Shown: positions 17,457 through 26,027, counted from the first letter of the stretch. The stretch is 64,000 nucleotides of DNA from Clostridia bacterium (GCA_017625615.1 JAGAKP010000068.1:54023-118022), one strand, 5' to 3'. A program made the numbers and translations. The notes: generated by a model from the letters alone, not told the origin.

Positions 17457-19005
17457 CCTGCATTTTTAGTGAAATTTGGACTTTAAGAGATCCATTGTCT
17501 TCCGTAGCAGAAAAATCAAATCCGATAAGCATGCCTGTTTTTAAATCATAAGTGAAGTTGGCAGTATCTTCAAAACTGTTTTTATTTTCTCGCTTGTCTA
17601 TAATTATACCATCTCTGGGACGAATATGGTAATACAAGAATGACAGATATCTGTCTGTGCAATCAGTAGATACTGTAACGGTTCCGTCGGAATTGTATGT
17701 GTATTCCGTGCCTATAAAATTTGCAGAGCGAAGTAAATATAGCTCGAAGTCGTTTTTTGAAAGGGAATCAAAGTCGTTTCTGTTCATACTGAAAGCTATA
17801 TTTTCGTATATTGATTCACAATAAGATAACAGAATAAATTCTTCACTGGCTTGCGTTGTTTCCGTTTTGTCCTGTTCCCAGTGATCACCGTATTGATATC
17901 CGTAACCGTATTGTTGTCTGCGAACGGTTTGCTCTCCGTCTTTTAAATAAGAGTAGATGTTTGAATAAAAACCGTCAAGTCTGGTGCTTTCGTTTAAAGG
18001 GTAAGCGTTGTACGGCATCCTCTCGTAACTGAAAGCAGAAGTTATATCGTCATCGTTTTTTAAAACGATCTGCTTTATGTTTAAATATGACCACACGTCT
18101 TCTGCACCCGGAGTGAAGGTTCCGATATCGTAAAGGTTAACCTCAATCAGCTTGTTTGTAAAAACAGATTCATCATACACAAAGAAACTGTTATAAAACC
18201 GATTAAACTCTGTCATCGATTCTTTAAATGAATTTAAAGATGAGTATGTGTCGGTTTTATATATTTCATTTTCATCAATGCTGATTTCTTGGGTATCAAG
18301 ATATAACTTAAGATCAGTTTGAACTCCGTCGACGAAGACAGTGAAAACGTAACCAATACCTTCATAAACTGTCAACGCGCCCCGTACAAACGATTCTTCT
18401 TCAGCGTTGTCGGTGTTATTTAATGCGCAAGAACCGCTGAACTGATAAACTTGGTCTCCACGGTCAGAAGTTTTACGATCAACATCAAGTGTTTGGCTAT
18501 TTATAATTTTCAATAAAAGGTCTTTTTTCGAAAACGCGGGTTCTGCATATACAGAGATTAGCTCATTATAGTCATTTTCATCTCCGGATATAATGGAACG
18601 CGAAGTATCATTGACGATTATATCGATATTTTTATCCTTATAACTGTATTTGAACATATCAGTTTTAAGTGAGTGAATATCATTTTCAAAGTCATAAGAC
18701 AAAGAATAGCCATCATAAACTATTCGACCGCGTTTTTCTGTGTTAGCTGTAATCGTTTCCGCTACCTGAGCAAAAGCTTTTTTTATTTCCTCGGGCTTAC
18801 TTTCTTCTATAGGCAGGCTTGTTTTTTCGGGCGGCGGCGCATTTTCGCCAACGCTTTCTTCGGTGCTTGCTTCAACACTTTCGTCTTTGCTTTCGGAGGC
18901 CGAAACTGAACTGCTTGTGTCGGCGGGCTCGTCGGCTATGCATGAAACCGAAAATAAAATGACGGATAAAATAAGTGCTGTAAAAATTAAAACTTTGGTT
19001 TTCAT
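17401..19005 (-). CDS. lipoprotein paralogous to the extracellular domain of the adjacent M56 protein
   Basis: The start is set at ATG 19005 (MKTKVLIFTALILSVILFSVSC). It shares the blocks EEIKKAF, IYKTDTYS and FNRFYNSF and an identical C-terminus DADESMLPIKAELLAGNW with ORF 19064..21721. Confidence 0.65.
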   Translation of the reverse strand: MKTKVLIFTALILSVILFSVSCIADEPADTSSSVSASESKDESVEASTEESVGENAPPPEKTSLPIEESKPEEIKKAFAQVAETITANTEKRGRIVYDGYSLSYDFENDIHSLKTDMFKYSYKDKNIDIIVNDTSRSIISGDENDYNELISVYAEPAFSKKDLLLKIINSQTLDVDRKTSDRGDQVYQFSGSCALNNTDNAEEESFVRGALTVYEGIGYVFTVFVDGVQTDLKLYLDTQEISIDENEIYKTDTYSSLNSFKESMTEFNRFYNSFFVYDESVFTNKLIEVNLYDIGTFTPGAEDVWSYLNIKQIVLKNDDDITSAFSYERMPYNAYPLNESTRLDGFYSNIYSYLKDGEQTVRRQQYGYGYQYGDHWEQDKTETTQASEEFILLSYCESIYENIAFSMNRNDFDSLSKNDFELYLLRSANFIGTEYTYNSDGTVTVSTDCTDRYLSFLYYHIRPRDGIIIDKRENKNSFEDTANFTYDLKTGMLIGFDFSATEDNGSLKVQISLKMQDADESMLPIKAELLAGNW

Positions 19006-19120
19006 TTGTTTCTCCTCCTTGAAAATGTGTGTATTTTTTGGTGTTTCGCGTGTATAGAGTTTGTTACCAGTTTCCTGCAAGAAGCTCTGCTTTTATGGGC
19101 AGCATGCTCTCGTCGGCGTC
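18913..19120. repeat. junction module copy 3 (covers both copy-1-like and copy-2-like parts)
   Basis: 18913-19039 matches 16164-16290. 18999-19120 matches 17335-17456. Confidence 0.85.
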
Positions 19121-21721
19121 GGTTACGGTAAGGTCAAATTCGTGCTTATACCAAAAACCGTCTCTCGTAGCCGTGCAGTCCACGGAAAGTGAGGTCATCA
19201 TTCCCGTTTCGGAATCGTAGGTAAGCGTCGCAACATGGTCATAGACGTTTTTCTCGCTAATCCAATGACCGTTTATCTGATACGTTGTTCCGAACAGGAG
19301 ACTAAGTATATGTTGTCTTCCCGAACAGGTGAAATTTACGGTTATGGTTCCGTCGTCGTTGCTTGTGTATTCTATTTTGTCAAACGCGCAGACTATTCTT
19401 TTAAAGCAATGCAGGTCGGTGGAGAGTTTCCCGCCGTTTTTCAAATAATCCGTGAAAAATGTATCGTCTCGGTATACTTGTACCGAACGGTCGGAAAACA
19501 GCAACTCTTGCTCTTTGGAATCAACTTCGTCGTGTTTGATAACAGAACCGTACGGGAGGTCGATGTTGTGGAAGTTATATGCTTCCCAAATTCTGCGGGA
19601 ATCGTAGCCTTTTTCGGTTATATAGGAGTATGTATCGCTTTTGTATATTTCTCCCGACGGCCTGTAGTACTCCTGCAATTTCGCTACAACGTAGTCGTCG
19701 TTAGCACCAACCGCTACTGTCTTTTCGTTCAAATAGCCATTGGAGCCTCTGCTGTCCACGCCTTTGTAATTGACGTATATAGCTTTGTTAAGGGAATTTT
19801 TCCCCAAATTATATACGCTGCTGTAAAATTCATAAATCCTGTTGCAATAATCCTCGTATTCCTTCAAATCCTTAAAATTGTAAGTTTTATCCGCCTTGCT
19901 GTAAAGTATCGGCTTTGCGGGATTTGAATGCAGACCGAGCGTGTATTCTTTGGTAAAGGTCTTCGGGGTGGTTTTTCCGTTGTAAACCTCTTTGTAGTTG
20001 TATTGCGCAACGATTGTTATTTCTCTTTCCCGTGCTATGGCGTTTATCTTTACGGTTCCTTCATATTTTTCGTTGTGCACGTATTTTGCCGTGGTGACGT
20101 ACTGTTCGCCTTGAGGTAATTCTATAAAGGTTATTTCCGAATCCGTTTCAAGCAGCGTGCGTATAAGCTCGTTACCGTTTTCCCTTGTACGGGTGATCGT
20201 GTTTCCTGTCCATTTAACAAAGGTTTCGTAATCGGCTTTTTCAATAAATAACGCAACATTTAAGTCGTAGCCGGGAAGGTACGCGTAAATACCGTTATTG
20301 TAGTAGTTGTATTCGGAGTTGTTTTCTTCTACATACGTTGAATTATCCGCGGAGCAATACCTGATGGTAGTGCCGTTGTATTCTTCTCTGTATCCCGGTT
20401 CCTGTTTCTCCTTCAAAGCGGATAAATAATTTCTGAATTTTTCTTTTATTTCCTCTTGTGTGAGTTTCGGCTTGCTTTCTGCCGGTTTGCTTTCCTCAGG
20501 CTTACTTTCCTCAGGCTTGCTTTCTTCGGGCTCGCTTACGTCGCTTTCATCGATAACGTCGCTCACTTCGCTTACGTCAACAATGTTGCTTACGTCGCTT
20601 ACGTCGCTTGTTTCTTTATCGGCGGCGGGGCTTGTCAAAAAGAACACAGCTACTGCCGCACAGATAATTATCGCCGCTATCATTACCCAAAACAGCGGTT
20701 TCTTGTAATTAAGTGTGTTTTTCACTCGCTTTTTCACTCCTGTCTCGCCAAATGCTATGGGACAGGCGGAAATTCTGCTCTTGCTTACTCCGCATTCCAG
20801 CAGTGCTTCCGCATACGCTTTTCTTGCTTCGGCACTCATATTCTTTACAACCTTCTCGTCACATGCGTACTCGATATCCCTGCAGAGAAGGATGTAGCCC
20901 AGCCATACCAACGGATTGAACCAGTGAATCGTCAGTATCGCATATCCTATAGGTTTAATTAAGTGATCGCCGCGCTTCAAATGCGCTCTCTCGTGTGCCA
21001 GAACGTGCTCTTCCGTGGTTTTTGTAAGTCCGAAGGGCATATATATCCTCGGACGGAATAATCCCAGTATAAACGGCGAACCTACCGCTTCGCTTTTGCG
21101 TATGTCCTTTCCCTCGGGTATGGAGGTAGCAAGACGCTTTTTGAGAAGCAGATAGTTTATTACGGCGTTCAATATCAACACCGCCATACCGATCATCCAG
21201 ATACAGCTTGCCCAAAAGGTAACGGTCTGCAAAGCGTTTTTGCTTTCTCCGTTTTCGACCTTGGCGGTAGACTGTATAATGGGATTTACTCTGTCGTCAA
21301 TGGCGCTTATACCGCTGTGGATAAATTCATCGGGAACGTACAGATTTTCGGGCGGCGCAAAATGGTCGGGAGCATCTGTGTTCGGAACGTCATTGGGAAC
21401 ATCCGTATCCGCGGGCGGCGTATCCGTGTCCTGAACGGGCGTATCGGTGTCTTCATTTTCGGGCGGCGTAACGTCTGGCGTCTGCAGGACCGTCTCGCCG
21501 TATACCGATTCGGGGATTATCGTTTCTCTGCTGGGAACGAGGCTTACTGCGCTTTCCAAGGAGAAGGGCAGTATTAATCTTATACCGACCATTGCCCACA
21601 GCAGACATGAAAGCCACTTGGGCGCGCGTTGTCGTATAACGAGCCTTACGAGCATTACTACAGCTATCAGCCAGCTTGCCGTAATACTTAAATTAAGCAC
21701 GTCCAAAAATAATTTTGCCAT
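19064..21721 (-). CDS. BlaR1/MecR1-type M56 peptidase-family signal transducer with a large novel extracellular domain
   Basis: The N-terminus is typical of M56 proteins (LSITASWLIAVVMLVRLVIRQRAPKW). It has the HEXXH motif (LAHERAHLKRGDH), TM segments, an ESKPE linker and a C-terminal domain of about 450 aa. Confidence 0.8.
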   Translation of the reverse strand: MAKLFLDVLNLSITASWLIAVVMLVRLVIRQRAPKWLSCLLWAMVGIRLILPFSLESAVSLVPSRETIIPESVYGETVLQTPDVTPPENEDTDTPVQDTDTPPADTDVPNDVPNTDAPDHFAPPENLYVPDEFIHSGISAIDDRVNPIIQSTAKVENGESKNALQTVTFWASCIWMIGMAVLILNAVINYLLLKKRLATSIPEGKDIRKSEAVGSPFILGLFRPRIYMPFGLTKTTEEHVLAHERAHLKRGDHLIKPIGYAILTIHWFNPLVWLGYILLCRDIEYACDEKVVKNMSAEARKAYAEALLECGVSKSRISACPIAFGETGVKKRVKNTLNYKKPLFWVMIAAIIICAAVAVFFLTSPAADKETSDVSDVSNIVDVSEVSDVIDESDVSEPEESKPEESKPEESKPAESKPKLTQEEIKEKFRNYLSALKEKQEPGYREEYNGTTIRYCSADNSTYVEENNSEYNYYNNGIYAYLPGYDLNVALFIEKADYETFVKWTGNTITRTRENGNELIRTLLETDSEITFIELPQGEQYVTTAKYVHNEKYEGTVKINAIAREREITIVAQYNYKEVYNGKTTPKTFTKEYTLGLHSNPAKPILYSKADKTYNFKDLKEYEDYCNRIYEFYSSVYNLGKNSLNKAIYVNYKGVDSRGSNGYLNEKTVAVGANDDYVVAKLQEYYRPSGEIYKSDTYSYITEKGYDSRRIWEAYNFHNIDLPYGSVIKHDEVDSKEQELLFSDRSVQVYRDDTFFTDYLKNGGKLSTDLHCFKRIVCAFDKIEYTSNDDGTITVNFTCSGRQHILSLLFGTTYQINGHWISEKNVYDHVATLTYDSETGMMTSLSVDCTATRDGFWYKHEFDLTVTDADESMLPIKAELLAGNW

Positions 21722-21736
21722 TGGCGCTTCCCCTCC

Positions 21737-21754
21737 TGACTACTCTATTAGTCA
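21737..21754. promoter_or_regulatory. 6-6-6 inverted repeat (TGACTA-N6-TAGTCA) between the promoter and RBS of the M56 gene; candidate operator
   Basis: Perfect 6-bp arms read directly from the sequence. It lies between the -10 element and the GGAGGGG RBS. Confidence 0.35.
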
Positions 21755-21759
21755 TACAT

Positions 21760-21788
21760 AGTCTAACACATAAGACAGCGTTTGTCAA
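21760..21788 (-). promoter_or_regulatory. candidate promoter of the M56-lipoprotein operon
   Basis: On the minus strand: TTGACA (21788-21783), a 17-nt spacer, then TAGACT (21765-21760). Confidence 0.5.
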
Positions 21789-21933
21789 CAAGTAATTTTC
21801 TTTTTTTGTAAAAAAATCAAAAACGCCCGATTATCTCAGTCCTTTTGCCTTTACAATTTTATTATACGGAATATAGTTAAAATGTCTATAAACAAATTGT
21901 TAATAAATTATTTTTTGTACAAATGCACAAAAA

Positions 21934-21991
21934 CACGGGGCTGTTTTTGTATATAAAAACAGCCCCGTGAGGAAAATAAACCTCGCGGGGC
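21934..21991 (-). terminator. two overlapping hairpins with T-runs downstream of the amidase gene
   Basis: On the minus strand, GCCCCGCGAGG/CCTCACGGGGC is followed by TGTTTTT. Then CACGGGGCTGTTTTT/AAAAACAGCCCCGTG is followed by TTTTTG. The two stems share the GCCCCGTG segment. Confidence 0.6.
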
Positions 21992-21999
21992 GTCAAAAG

Positions 22000-23679
22000 C
22001 TATTTTATTTTACGTAATACGGCGATATAATCGTTGATTTTTATTTCTTTATCCCCGTTTATGTCGGGATACCCGCGGGAAACGTCCTCTCCCACGATTA
22101 TCCTGCGGATGCACTCCGCATCACGCTTGTCGATGATACCGTTGCAGTCGGCGTCACCCTGTATCACCTTGGTTGCCGCCTCCACGGAGGTGGTCACCAT
22201 ATACGCCGTGCCGTCGGTGCCGATAAGGTAATCGGGCAGCTTTTCGGAGGGAGAATAGGTCTTGCGCACGGTGCGCTCGCCCTCTTCGGTCATGGCGGAA
22301 TAGTATTTGTTTACCAGCTTCATAAAGTAGTTCCAGCCGGTGCCGTCGTGCACCAGAACCTTGTTGCTGTTAAGCCGCATATAGTAGGGACACTGCTTGG
22401 TGTGGAAATAGTAAACGTCTGTGTGCTGAAGTATCTTGTCGGGCGTAAGATCGTATCTCACCAAAAGCTCTGCGGTAAGCACCGCCGCGTTTTCCATTGC
22501 GGGCGTAAAGGTTTCGGCATACCATTTTTCGTATTCCTCACCCTTTGTGATAGGATCGTTGTTTCCGCCCGGTCCTACGGGTGCGCCGTTAAGACAGATC
22601 TCTATGCCTATGGTATAAAAATTATAGTTTGTCGCCGCGTGCCAGCCCGCAACCACGTCGGGCAGACCGTGGTATATCACGTTGCCGTCGACGGTGTAAT
22701 GCCACGACGAGGACGAGCCGTCGGTCTTGTTCACGAGATAATTGTGTACGAAATCCGCATCGGAATAGCTTTCGCACATACCCGTGTTGTGAATTACGAT
22801 GTAGCGGATATCGTTGACGTAATGGGAATAATAGGGTCTTCCAACCGACATAAAATCGTTTATTACCTTAACCTTTTCCCCAAATCCTTCACCGATGTAG
22901 AAGGTTTTATCAGGTTCGTCAAAATCCGCGCCGGAGGGGTAAGCGTGTCCTTTTACGGTGGTAATGCTGTTTTCAAGCTTACCGTTGGGAATGGCGTATC
23001 CGCTTGAAAGATCGTAGGTCCTTCCTTCACCGTCACCGCCGTTTTTGTTTATACGCTCAATATTTCCGTAGGCGGAAACGCATATTTCATCGGTCAGCGT
23101 GGTATACGCCGCATCCTGAGTAAAGGTTACTTTGATATATCTTGCGGAAAACGTCTCCTCAAGCTGAATACGGTTTATCAGTATCTCGGTGCGCTTGTTT
23201 TCAACGTTTTGAACCTGCAATTCACCTACGGAGAAAAAGCTCTCTCCGTCAATGGACGCCTTTACGGAAATGGAGGGGGTAAGTCCCTTTATGCGACGCT
23301 CGGTCATGGTGCGTATAAACACCTGACCTATCTCGCGGGCGATATAGCCAATATCCAGCGTAACGGTGACGGAATAAGTACCGCTTCCGCTTTCGGAACG
23401 GTAGCCTGCCCAGCCGCCGCTTCCGATCCAATCGCTGTTTTCGTAATCGATAACGGGTGCGAAGATACCGTCGGTAAGCTCATTGCCGCTGTCGGCGTAA
23501 TCCTCCAGAGGAACCGCATCCTCGTATTCAACGGTGTATGGCTTGTTGAGCGACACCGTCGCCTGCTTTTCAACGCCGCGCTCCGACGTATCGTACACGG
23601 GAGTTTTTCCTGCGGCGCTTGCCGTAAGGGGAAGGATCACCATCAGCGCCGCAAGTATTATTAAAACTGTTTTTTTCAA
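22000..23679 (-). CDS. secreted N-acetylmuramoyl-L-alanine amidase (Amidase_2/PGRP type) with a C-terminal dockerin
   Basis: Signal peptide, then the amidase block YIVIHNTG...SSWHYTVDG...AGWHA...TIGIEIC. The C-terminus has two Ca-loop motifs, DADCNGIIDKRD and DINGDKEIKINDY. Confidence 0.8.
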   Translation of the reverse strand: MKKTVLIILAALMVILPLTASAAGKTPVYDTSERGVEKQATVSLNKPYTVEYEDAVPLEDYADSGNELTDGIFAPVIDYENSDWIGSGGWAGYRSESGSGTYSVTVTLDIGYIAREIGQVFIRTMTERRIKGLTPSISVKASIDGESFFSVGELQVQNVENKRTEILINRIQLEETFSARYIKVTFTQDAAYTTLTDEICVSAYGNIERINKNGGDGEGRTYDLSSGYAIPNGKLENSITTVKGHAYPSGADFDEPDKTFYIGEGFGEKVKVINDFMSVGRPYYSHYVNDIRYIVIHNTGMCESYSDADFVHNYLVNKTDGSSSSWHYTVDGNVIYHGLPDVVAGWHAATNYNFYTIGIEICLNGAPVGPGGNNDPITKGEEYEKWYAETFTPAMENAAVLTAELLVRYDLTPDKILQHTDVYYFHTKQCPYYMRLNSNKVLVHDGTGWNYFMKLVNKYYSAMTEEGERTVRKTYSPSEKLPDYLIGTDGTAYMVTTSVEAATKVIQGDADCNGIIDKRDAECIRRIIVGEDVSRGYPDINGDKEIKINDYIAVLRKIK

Positions 23680-23685
23680 TTAAAA

Positions 23686-24387
23686 TCAACCTTTTTTAGA
23701 GTCAGCCGCTCTTTTAATCTTTTCGACCGCTTCGTCGGTCATAGCATCGGGATGTACGGTAAAGGAAAAACTGCCGTTATCGGTAATTATTTCCGCAATA
23801 AAGCTTTCCACGTACTTGTTCTTCTTTTTAACTTCCTTGGTGTAGCTCTTGTCGGTAGTCTTTACGTCCTTTACGTCTGCAAGAAAAACGGAAAAACGGC
23901 TCGTTTTAACGTCGCCCGTGATAAGGTCGATATTTCCCGCAACCGCATACAGAGTATCGGGCGTGTAGGTAAGCGCACCGCCGCCGTATATTTCACAGCG
24001 GGGAGTGTTATCGGTACCGAAAACGGTAATCTTTACGTCATCGTCCCACAGCGCGTATCCGCCGGAGGTGTAATCAAACACGCGGTTTACCTTTTTGTGC
24101 TTTTCGCTTTCGTTAACGAATTCGTCAAGCTGATTTTCCAATTCCTTGTGGAAGGTTGCCGCGTATTCGTCCACGGCGCCGTCGCGCACGCGGATAGTAA
24201 AGTGGCACATAATGACGACTATGCCCGCAACCATTATGAGCCAAGCAGCCTGATACAGGTCGAAGGAGCGGATTATACCGAAGTACAGCGTTAAAAACAG
24301 CAGAAATCCTGCGGCAAATACGCCTATTCCCGCATACAGCAGCTTTTTGGTCTGGGTAAAATATTTTTTAAAGCTTTTTTTCTCCAT
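23686..24387 (-). CDS. membrane protein of unknown function
   Basis: Two N-terminal hydrophobic helices. Tightly packed with the flanking genes. No motif recognised. Confidence 0.5.
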   Translation of the reverse strand: MEKKSFKKYFTQTKKLLYAGIGVFAAGFLLFLTLYFGIIRSFDLYQAAWLIMVAGIVVIMCHFTIRVRDGAVDEYAATFHKELENQLDEFVNESEKHKKVNRVFDYTSGGYALWDDDVKITVFGTDNTPRCEIYGGGALTYTPDTLYAVAGNIDLITGDVKTSRFSVFLADVKDVKTTDKSYTKEVKKKNKYVESFIAEIITDNGSFSFTVHPDAMTDEAVEKIKRAADSKKG

Positions 24388-24390
24388 TAA

Positions 24391-25542
24391 TTATTTTTCC
24401 GCCTTTTTGATAGTATCGATAATTCTCTCGTATACCGCCTCGGCGTAGTCACCGTAGGTCTCGTTCTTGGGATGCAGGCCGTCGGTGAATACCGCGTCGT
24501 TTTCTTTACCCCAAGTGTAGAGGTCAACCTGAGGAAGCTCGTATTCCTCTGCGATCTGCTTTATAAGGGGCAGGGAATATGCGTCAAGGTTTTTGTTCCA
24601 GTTGGGTGCGTCCCAATGACCGCGTCCGTCAAAGAGAGGGGTGGGGATGCAAATAAATATCTGGGTATCCTTGTTTACTGCATAGAAGGAATCAAGCAAT
24701 TCTCTTGCGGAATTGAGGAACAGATCCTTTCTGTTGGGGTCGGACCAATCCTTCCAGTCCTGACCGGGGTTGGAATCGTTTGTTCCCAGCGCGAATATAA
24801 CAACGTCGGGCACGAACTTAAGGGCGGTCTGGTACTGCTGGCATTTTGCGTATGCGTAAGGGTCCGTATTGCAAATTGAGTATCCGCTGAGTCCCGCGTT
24901 AAGCACGCAGTAATCCCAGCCCAACAGCTTTTGCAGGTAAGCGGGGTAGGTAAGCTCGTTGGAAATAGAGTTTATACCCTGAGTAATACTGTCACCTACG
25001 CAGGCAACCTTCACTACGTCCTTCTTACCGCTGGACATAAAATCGGTGAGGTTTGCGTCCTCGTCGGTCTTGCACGCTTTTATAAATACCTCCAAGGCGT
25101 TGTGCCAGCCGTTTGCGTATGCGCCTGCCAGCATTACCTTGGTGCCCTTTACTACCAGTGAAAACTGTCCCGCCTCGAAGGAGTCTCTGTCAAAGGCGTT
25201 TCTCAAGTCTCTGCCTGCGGTAAAGCCGATAAGTATTTCGTTTTCCGTTTCGGGAGTGGTGTCGGGCACTGCTTCAAGTGTGTATCCGCAGTATTCCTCT
25301 AAAAACGCGTTTATTTCCTCTACCAGAAGGCGGTAGTGGTTGTAACCGTCGAAGGTAAGGCTCTGGCAGTATACTATGGTAAACTCCTTAAGGCTTACTC
25401 CGTTTACGGTTATTTCTCTGGGGCCGTAGCCTTTATCCTCGGATACTTCGCTTACATTCTCGCTTGTTTCGTTTCCGCCTTCGCAGGCAACCATGGAAAT
25501 TAACAAAATAAAGCACAAAAGCATACAAATAATTTTTTTCAT
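24391..25542 (-). CDS. SGNH/GDSL-family hydrolase lipoprotein
   Basis: Lipobox (LISMVAC) and SGNH blocks GDSITQG, GTNDSN and DGLHP. Confidence 0.75.
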   Translation of the reverse strand: MKKIICMLLCFILLISMVACEGGNETSENVSEVSEDKGYGPREITVNGVSLKEFTIVYCQSLTFDGYNHYRLLVEEINAFLEEYCGYTLEAVPDTTPETENEILIGFTAGRDLRNAFDRDSFEAGQFSLVVKGTKVMLAGAYANGWHNALEVFIKACKTDEDANLTDFMSSGKKDVVKVACVGDSITQGINSISNELTYPAYLQKLLGWDYCVLNAGLSGYSICNTDPYAYAKCQQYQTALKFVPDVVIFALGTNDSNPGQDWKDWSDPNRKDLFLNSARELLDSFYAVNKDTQIFICIPTPLFDGRGHWDAPNWNKNLDAYSLPLIKQIAEEYELPQVDLYTWGKENDAVFTDGLHPKNETYGDYAEAVYERIIDTIKKAEK

Positions 25543-25743
25543 ATCCTTAACTCCTTGTTCATTAATGTATCCATTATAAATGGTTTTTGTTTATGTGTCA
25601 ATCTTTTTGATACATATTTATATTACCTTTATTTGCGATTTATATGTTTATATGTATACATAATCATATATGGATATATACAATCAAGCAAATTGTCAAG
25701 AATATATATCTCCAATAAAATATATATGTGGAGGTGCTGTGTG

Positions 25744-25947
25744 ATGATAAAACTCACTCTTGACAAAGCATTGGAAAAACGCGGAATAAGCAGATATCGC
25801 TTATCAAAGCTTACCGGAATACAGTTTCAGGTTGTTGATAAATACTATAAAAACAAAGTAGTACGTTACGATAGCTATATTTTGGAGCGTATCTGTCTTG
25901 CTCTTGATTGCGGTATAGAGGATATTATCGAAGTAACCAAAGAATAA
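25744..25947 (+). CDS. small Cro/C1-type HTH protein
   Basis: A 67-aa protein (MIKLTLDKALEKRGISRYRLSKLTGIQFQVVDKY). The ATG at 25744 follows GGAGGTG. The track's longer N-terminus is AT-rich junk. Confidence 0.7.
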   Translation: MIKLTLDKALEKRGISRYRLSKLTGIQFQVVDKYYKNKVVRYDSYILERICLALDCGIEDIIEVTKE

Positions 25948-25954
25948 ATAGTAC

Positions 25955-25996
25955 GAATCACCCCAAGAAGCCTTGCGGCTTCTCGGGGACCCCAAT
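25955..25996. repeat. hairpin repeat copy
   Basis: GAATCACCCCAAGAAGCCTTGCGGCTTCTCGGGGACCCCAATA, starting 8 nt after the stop at 25947. Confidence 0.85.
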
Positions 25997-26027
25997 AAAA
26001 AAGCGTGGCGGGTACCCGTCACGCTTT
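25997..26027 (-). terminator. rho-independent terminator of rph
   Basis: On the minus strand, stem AAAGCGTGaCGGGT/ACCCGcCACGCTTT is followed by TTTTTTATT. Confidence 0.6.

Noticed and set aside
16323-19080. N-terminal extensions MQETG(K/N)KLYTR(K/E)TPKNTHIFKEEKQ on the two lipoprotein ORFs in the track.
   Set aside because: These residues are the translation of the conserved intergenic leader and RBS. The real starts are the ATGs at 17342 and 19005, directly before the signal peptides.
21722-21999. A search for a BlaI/MecI-type repressor gene upstream of the M56 gene.
   Set aside because: There is no ORF of useful length on either strand. The region contains only a promoter, an inverted repeat and the terminator hairpins of the amidase gene.
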